Positions 40,693 to 42,411 of a DNA stretch of 42,411 nucleotides are shown piece by piece. A program made the translations under genes and the position numbers. The stretch's first letter is position 1. The number at the start of each line of letters is the position of its first letter. The notes under the pieces are model-generated. The model was not told the origin of the DNA. It saw only the letters and a list, made by a program, of their open reading frames with translations, and did no database searches. Source of the DNA: Candidatus Eiseniibacteriota bacterium (GTDB lineage: Bacteria > Joyebacterota > Joyebacteria > Joyebacterales > Joyebacteraceae); NCBI GenBank assembly GCA_030639555.1, contig DAOWCM010000002.1, positions 1-42,411 on the forward strand, read 5' to 3'.

Positions 40693-41280
40693 ATGGGTAC
40701 GCTGTATACACGCACGGTTGACGGCTCTGCGCCGTTCCTGGTAGCCGAGGCCAAGGTCTTCTTGAAGATCCCGGCCGCGGTTACCAGCGACGACGCGCTG
40801 ATCACGGCCTTGATCAACGTCGTGCTCGAGTGGGGCGAGGCGCATACTGCGCGCGACTTCCGCGCGAATACGTGGGAGAAGCTCCAGACCGGGTTCGACG
40901 ATCCACTCGAGCTGCGCAAGTCCTCGATCGATGCGATTACGAGCGTCGAGCACCTGGTCGATGGATCCGACGTCGAGGTCTCGAGCGACGATTACTACTT
41001 GGTCGAGGGCCGGTGGTGGTCTGAGGTGTATACGGCCGTAGATGCCTCGTGGCCCACGAATACGGACACGATCGAGCAGAACGTAAAGGTGACGTTTACG
41101 ACTGAGGCGTGGCCGGGGGCCGACGAGGTCAAGACGGCGATGAAGATGCACCTGGGATACCTGTACGAGAACCGCGGGGACAACGACGAGATCGGAAATA
41201 CACAGCTCGCGCACGCGGCGCTCAAATCAGGCGCGCTTTACGTGTACGACTCGTTCGCGATCCCGCGCGGGGTGGGATAG
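40693..41280 (+). CDS. Head-tail connector protein (gp6-like / QLRG-type, 195 aa)
   Basis: LVAEAKVFLKIPAAVTSDDALITALINVVLEWGEAHTARDF matches the typical connector N-terminal pattern. Confidence 0.65.
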   Translation: MGTLYTRTVDGSAPFLVAEAKVFLKIPAAVTSDDALITALINVVLEWGEAHTARDFRANTWEKLQTGFDDPLELRKSSIDAITSVEHLVDGSDVEVSSDDYYLVEGRWWSEVYTAVDASWPTNTDTIEQNVKVTFTTEAWPGADEVKTAMKMHLGYLYENRGDNDEIGNTQLAHAALKSGALYVYDSFAIPRGVG

Positions 41281-41282
41281 GG

Positions 41283-41714
41283 ATGCCCGAGACGGGGCGG
41301 AACGTCATCCGTCAGCCGGCCGTCGCGTTCGAGCTAGTCAACGTCTCGGGCGGTGGGCGGATCATCTTGGTTCCGTCAGTGCCAGAAGGAGGAGTGATCG
41401 TGGCAAGCTTGAACATCGCAACCGGGGCGCCGGCCATCTCCGCTCGCGTCAACGTGTCGGGCAACAACGTGGTCGCCTTCATCATCGACGGTCTCGACTC
41501 GACGCTCTTCGCGCTCTACGGGGCCAAGGACAACGCCAGCACGCTACACCCGCTCCAAGACACCAGCGGCTCGCCGATCGAGGTGGCGGTCGAAGCGAAC
41601 GTGTGCGTCGTGCTCGATAACCTGCTCGAGGGCTTCAACTACTTCGCCGTTCTACACGACGAGGTGGAATCGGTAGCCCGCGAGATTACGGTCCTCACGG
41701 TACCCCGGTCATGA
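41283..41714 (+). CDS. Hypothetical structural-module protein (143 aa)
   Basis: Internal ATG at 41283 (MPETGRNVIRQPAVAFELV...). It lies between the connector and head-closure genes. Confidence 0.5.
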   Translation: MPETGRNVIRQPAVAFELVNVSGGGRIILVPSVPEGGVIVASLNIATGAPAISARVNVSGNNVVAFIIDGLDSTLFALYGAKDNASTLHPLQDTSGSPIEVAVEANVCVVLDNLLEGFNYFAVLHDEVESVAREITVLTVPRS

Positions 41715-42103
41715 GCAAGTACCGCAAACAGCGGCGGCGGAAGCGCCAGTACACGATCGGCGATCTCGACACGGAGATCGTCATCCACGGCCGCGCGATC
41801 ACGCCGCCCGAGGCGGGCGAGTCGGAGTTCTCGGAGACGTTCACGCCGGCCTCGACCGTCTGGGCGGCCGTCGACTCGGTCAACGGGAAGGTGTTCTTCG
41901 ATGGGGTGAACGTGGACCGGCAGATCACACACACGATCGGCATCCGGTTCGATGCGACCGTGACCGAGGAGGCGTGGATCGAGCTGACGAACGAGCACCT
42001 GCTCGACATCCTACGGGTCGAGGACATGGACGAGCGATCGGAGTTCATGCGCCTCACCTGTACCGAGCGGGGCGACAAGGATCTGGGGGCAGCGCAGGTA
42101 TGA
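41711..42103 (+). CDS. Head closure / head-tail adaptor protein (SPP1 gp16 / HK97 gp9-like, 130 aa)
   Basis: ...STVWAAVDSVNGKVFFDGVNVDRQITHTIGIRFDATVTEEAWIEL...LLDILRVEDMDERSEFMRLTCTER follows the family pattern. ATGA overlaps at both ends. Confidence 0.75.
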   Translation: MSKYRKQRRRKRQYTIGDLDTEIVIHGRAITPPEAGESEFSETFTPASTVWAAVDSVNGKVFFDGVNVDRQITHTIGIRFDATVTEEAWIELTNEHLLDILRVEDMDERSEFMRLTCTERGDKDLGAAQV

Positions 42104-42411
42104 TCGAGATGCGCGAACATCCGGGGAACCGGGAGGTCTGGATCAAGCTCTCGCGGCTGAACCAGGCTACCCGCGAGGGGATCCGCCACGGGTTCTTCGC
42201 GCTCGGCAAGGCGCTCAAGCGCGAGGCGAACCGGGCGATCCTGAAGCGGCCTCGGCATGGCGAGGTCTACCGGAAGCGCTATGCGAGCGGAGCGGTGCGC
42301 TACCACGCCGCCTCGCTCCCGTATGAGACACACGCGAACTGGAGCGGCAAGCTCCGCAAGTCGATCGGATGGGTCGTCGCCGGGTTCTCGAAGCGCTACT
42401 TCGGCTACGGC
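42100..42411 (+). CDS. HK97 gp10-like tail-completion/neck protein, 5' portion (continues at 142..333 after the 141-bp overlap)
   Basis: The ATG at 42100 overlaps the upstream stop (ATGA). Sequence: MIEMREHPGNREVWIKLSRLNQATREGIRHGFFALGKALKREANRAILK... The frame runs off the window end into the terminal repeat. Confidence 0.65.
   Translation, partial: MIEMREHPGNREVWIKLSRLNQATREGIRHGFFALGKALKREANRAILKRPRHGEVYRKRYASGAVRYHAASLPYETHANWSGKLRKSIGWVVAGFSKRYFGYG
42271..42411. repeat. Terminal direct repeat, copy 2 (identical to 1..141)
   Basis: See copy 1. Confidence 0.95.

Noticed and set aside
1-42411. tRNA genes, CRISPR arrays, rRNA, integrase/att sites and Mu-type transposase
   Set aside because: Scanning by eye, I saw no cloverleaf-like T-arm motifs (GGTTCGAATCC-type), no regularly spaced short repeats, and no recombinase- or transposase-like ORFs. 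A tRNA or covariance-model scan would be needed to be certain about small RNAs.

Overview
The window appears to be a complete ~42.27-kb genome of a high-GC tailed phage with a contractile tail. The first and last 141 nt are identical and lie inside one continuous gene, so the contig closes on itself. I read three tightly packed transcription units. (1) A late + strand operon starts after a 297-bp repeat-bearing intergenic region (31389-31685). It runs through a secreted small protein, TerS/TerL, an HK97-type head module (portal, MuF-like protein, prohead protease, major capsid protein, three tandem paralogs, connector, head closure, gp10-like), then across the junction. It continues into sheath, tube, a frameshifted tail chaperone, tape measure, a Mu gp43-gp48-like baseplate block, a tail fiber, three envelope-targeted accessory proteins and a holin/spanin cassette, ending at 18249. 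(2) An early-left - strand operon (28355 down to 18246) carries zinc/HNH-like, SprT-like and Cys-rich proteins. It also carries a RecE-like exonuclease, a putative annealing protein, two partial paralogs, an SMC/Rad50-like ATPase, a low-GC secreted Ca-binding-repeat protein and a DUF5675-like candidate lysin. (3) An early-right + strand operon (28471-31388) starts with a small HTH protein. I did not recognise an integrase, transposase, polymerase, tRNA, CRISPR array or reverse transcriptase. The observations I rate highest are: mirror-image, apparently leaderless divergent promoters; a duplicated C-terminal peptide and gene junction in the recombination module; the exported trio of FGE-like/beta-helix giant protein, metallophosphoesterase-like protein and membrane protein; three tandem capsid-adjacent paralogs; and two structured non-coding regions. 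All family assignments come from reading motifs by eye. No database search was run.
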